Source of the DNA: Proteromonas lacertae
Taxonomy: Eukaryota
Reading direction: 5' to 3'
NCBI GenBank assembly: GCA_002245135.1
Contig: NGBS01000004.1
Span: 186,001-250,000 of the forward strand
DNA: 64,000 bases
The notes under the pieces were generated by a model, which ran no database searches, was not told where the DNA came from, and worked only from the letters and a program-made list of their open reading frames with translations. Position numbers and translations under genes: made by a program. How positions within the stretch are numbered: position 1 is the first letter of the stretch; each line of letters begins with the position of its first letter. Positions 63,030 to 64,000 of this stretch are shown here, piece by piece.

Positions 63030-64000
63030 TTATGCTACATCATCAGAACTAGTATCAGTTTTCATATCCGATTTATCTGTAGATCCAGGTGCAGGACTAA
63101 TAAGATTTTGACTGGCAGAACTCTTATCTTCACTCTTCACTTTAGCAGTTGAAGATTGTTTTGAAGGTGTTGATGGTGTTGGTTTTACTGTTGGTGTTGG
63201 TTTAACATTATTTGGAGTTTTTTTAGCATTAGCGTTAGCATTAGCAGCAGCACCAGCTGTAGCTCCTGGCTTTATAGTTGGTGCAGCTTTAGCTTTAGGA
63301 GTTCCAGCAGCAGCTCCTGAAGGTGTACTTGGAACAGCAGAAGGAGTTGAAACTGAATCTTTATTACTATTGGATATTTGTTGATCACTATTCGCTTCAG
63401 TTCTACTTAATTCACTGCCATTAGTTTTCTGACTTTCATTATTATCGTTAGTAGAACTTCTCCTTGAAGCTATGATTGATTTATCAAACACTTGACCTGA
63501 TGAATCTGTGTGTAACATTCTATTATTATCATCAATTCTCTTTTTTGATGTTGCACTATCTGTATCATTGAAAGAATCAGCTTCTTTTCTAATTGAATCA
63601 GCTAACTCACTGTTTGGCACATTGTTACTATCCAAATAGGAAATACTTTCCTTTTTAGCTGGTTTATTTGGTTGAATTGATAATTTAACATCTTTATTCC
63701 TTGCACTGTTTTGACTGTTAAATGAACTTCGGAATAAACTTGATTTAGAAGCAATACTTGCATTATAAAATGCAACATGTTGATGGAATATTTCAGGATC
63801 TTTTGTTGTATCTAATATAATAGATACTTTGGTATATTCATATATTGCTACTAATGTTGGAATTGAATGTTTCTTTAACATCTTAAACAATGTACCATTT
63901 GTCTTATAAGCTTTATAAAAATCAGATAATTGAAATCTTTCAAAATAATGTTTTTGTGCCAAGTAATTGACTATTAGATTCTCAGTCATATCAAATCCAT
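63030..64000 (-). CDS. C-terminal part of an unknown protein with an S/T/P/A/K-rich tail; possible end of an RGS-like domain at the window edge
   Basis: Open frame to the edge. FDMTENLIVNYLAQKHYFERFQLSDFYKAY loosely resembles the last RGS helices. Confidence 0.55.
   Translation of the reverse strand, partial: GFDMTENLIVNYLAQKHYFERFQLSDFYKAYKTNGTLFKMLKKHSIPTLVAIYEYTKVSIILDTTKDPEIFHQHVAFYNASIASKSSLFRSSFNSQNSARNKDVKLSIQPNKPAKKESISYLDSNNVPNSELADSIRKEADSFNDTDSATSKKRIDDNNRMLHTDSSGQVFDKSIIASRRSSTNDNNESQKTNGSELSRTEANSDQQISNSNKDSVSTPSAVPSTPSGAAAGTPKAKAAPTIKPGATAGAAANANANAKKTPNNVKPTPTVKPTPSTPSKQSSTAKVKSEDKSSASQNLISPAPGSTDKSDMKTDTSSDDVA

Noticed and set aside
1..64000. Stop-codon reassignment or alternative genetic code
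   Set aside because: Almost all ORF breaks coincide with short GT-AG introns, and TAA and TAG terminate conserved proteins at expected positions.
1..64000. Stop codons created by polyadenylation (Blastocystis-type)
   Set aside because: Every complete gene I reconstructed has a genomic stop at a plausible C-terminus; only 48740-48827 is ambiguous.

Overview
This is AT-rich, gene-dense eukaryotic nuclear DNA with very short (about 25-50 nt) GT(A)...AG introns, so the ORF track fragments most genes. Splicing by eye gives about 22 protein genes and 2 pseudogenes. I found no rRNA, tRNA, CRISPR array or recognisable transposon. Tiny introns, an outer-arm axonemal dynein, secreted GH35 beta-galactosidases, a He_PIG-type Ig module and TGTT-rich 3' elements suggest a gut stramenopile of the Blastocystis/Proteromonas group; this is inference only. 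Conserved genes: DNAH5/8-type dynein, PGM2, MLH3, TARBP1/Trm3, USO1/p115, H2A, ATAD5/Elg1, WDR61, NECAP, a CAMK-like kinase and an ankyrin protein. Most notable: (1) a 2516-aa polycystin-1-like REJ/GAIN receptor with a tetraspanin-like module embedded in its membrane region; (2) a local pseudokinase-LRR family (two genes, one remnant) with variable LRR content; (3) an inverted pair of near-identical beta-galactosidases with sharply bounded divergent patches; (4) an EFCAB9-like CaaX gene that the ORF track largely misses; (5) a histone 3' stem-loop; (6) a CaaX-ended atlastin/GBP-type GTPase. Three isolated +1 frameshifts look like long-read insertion errors. All domain calls come from motif recognition and were not checked by database search.
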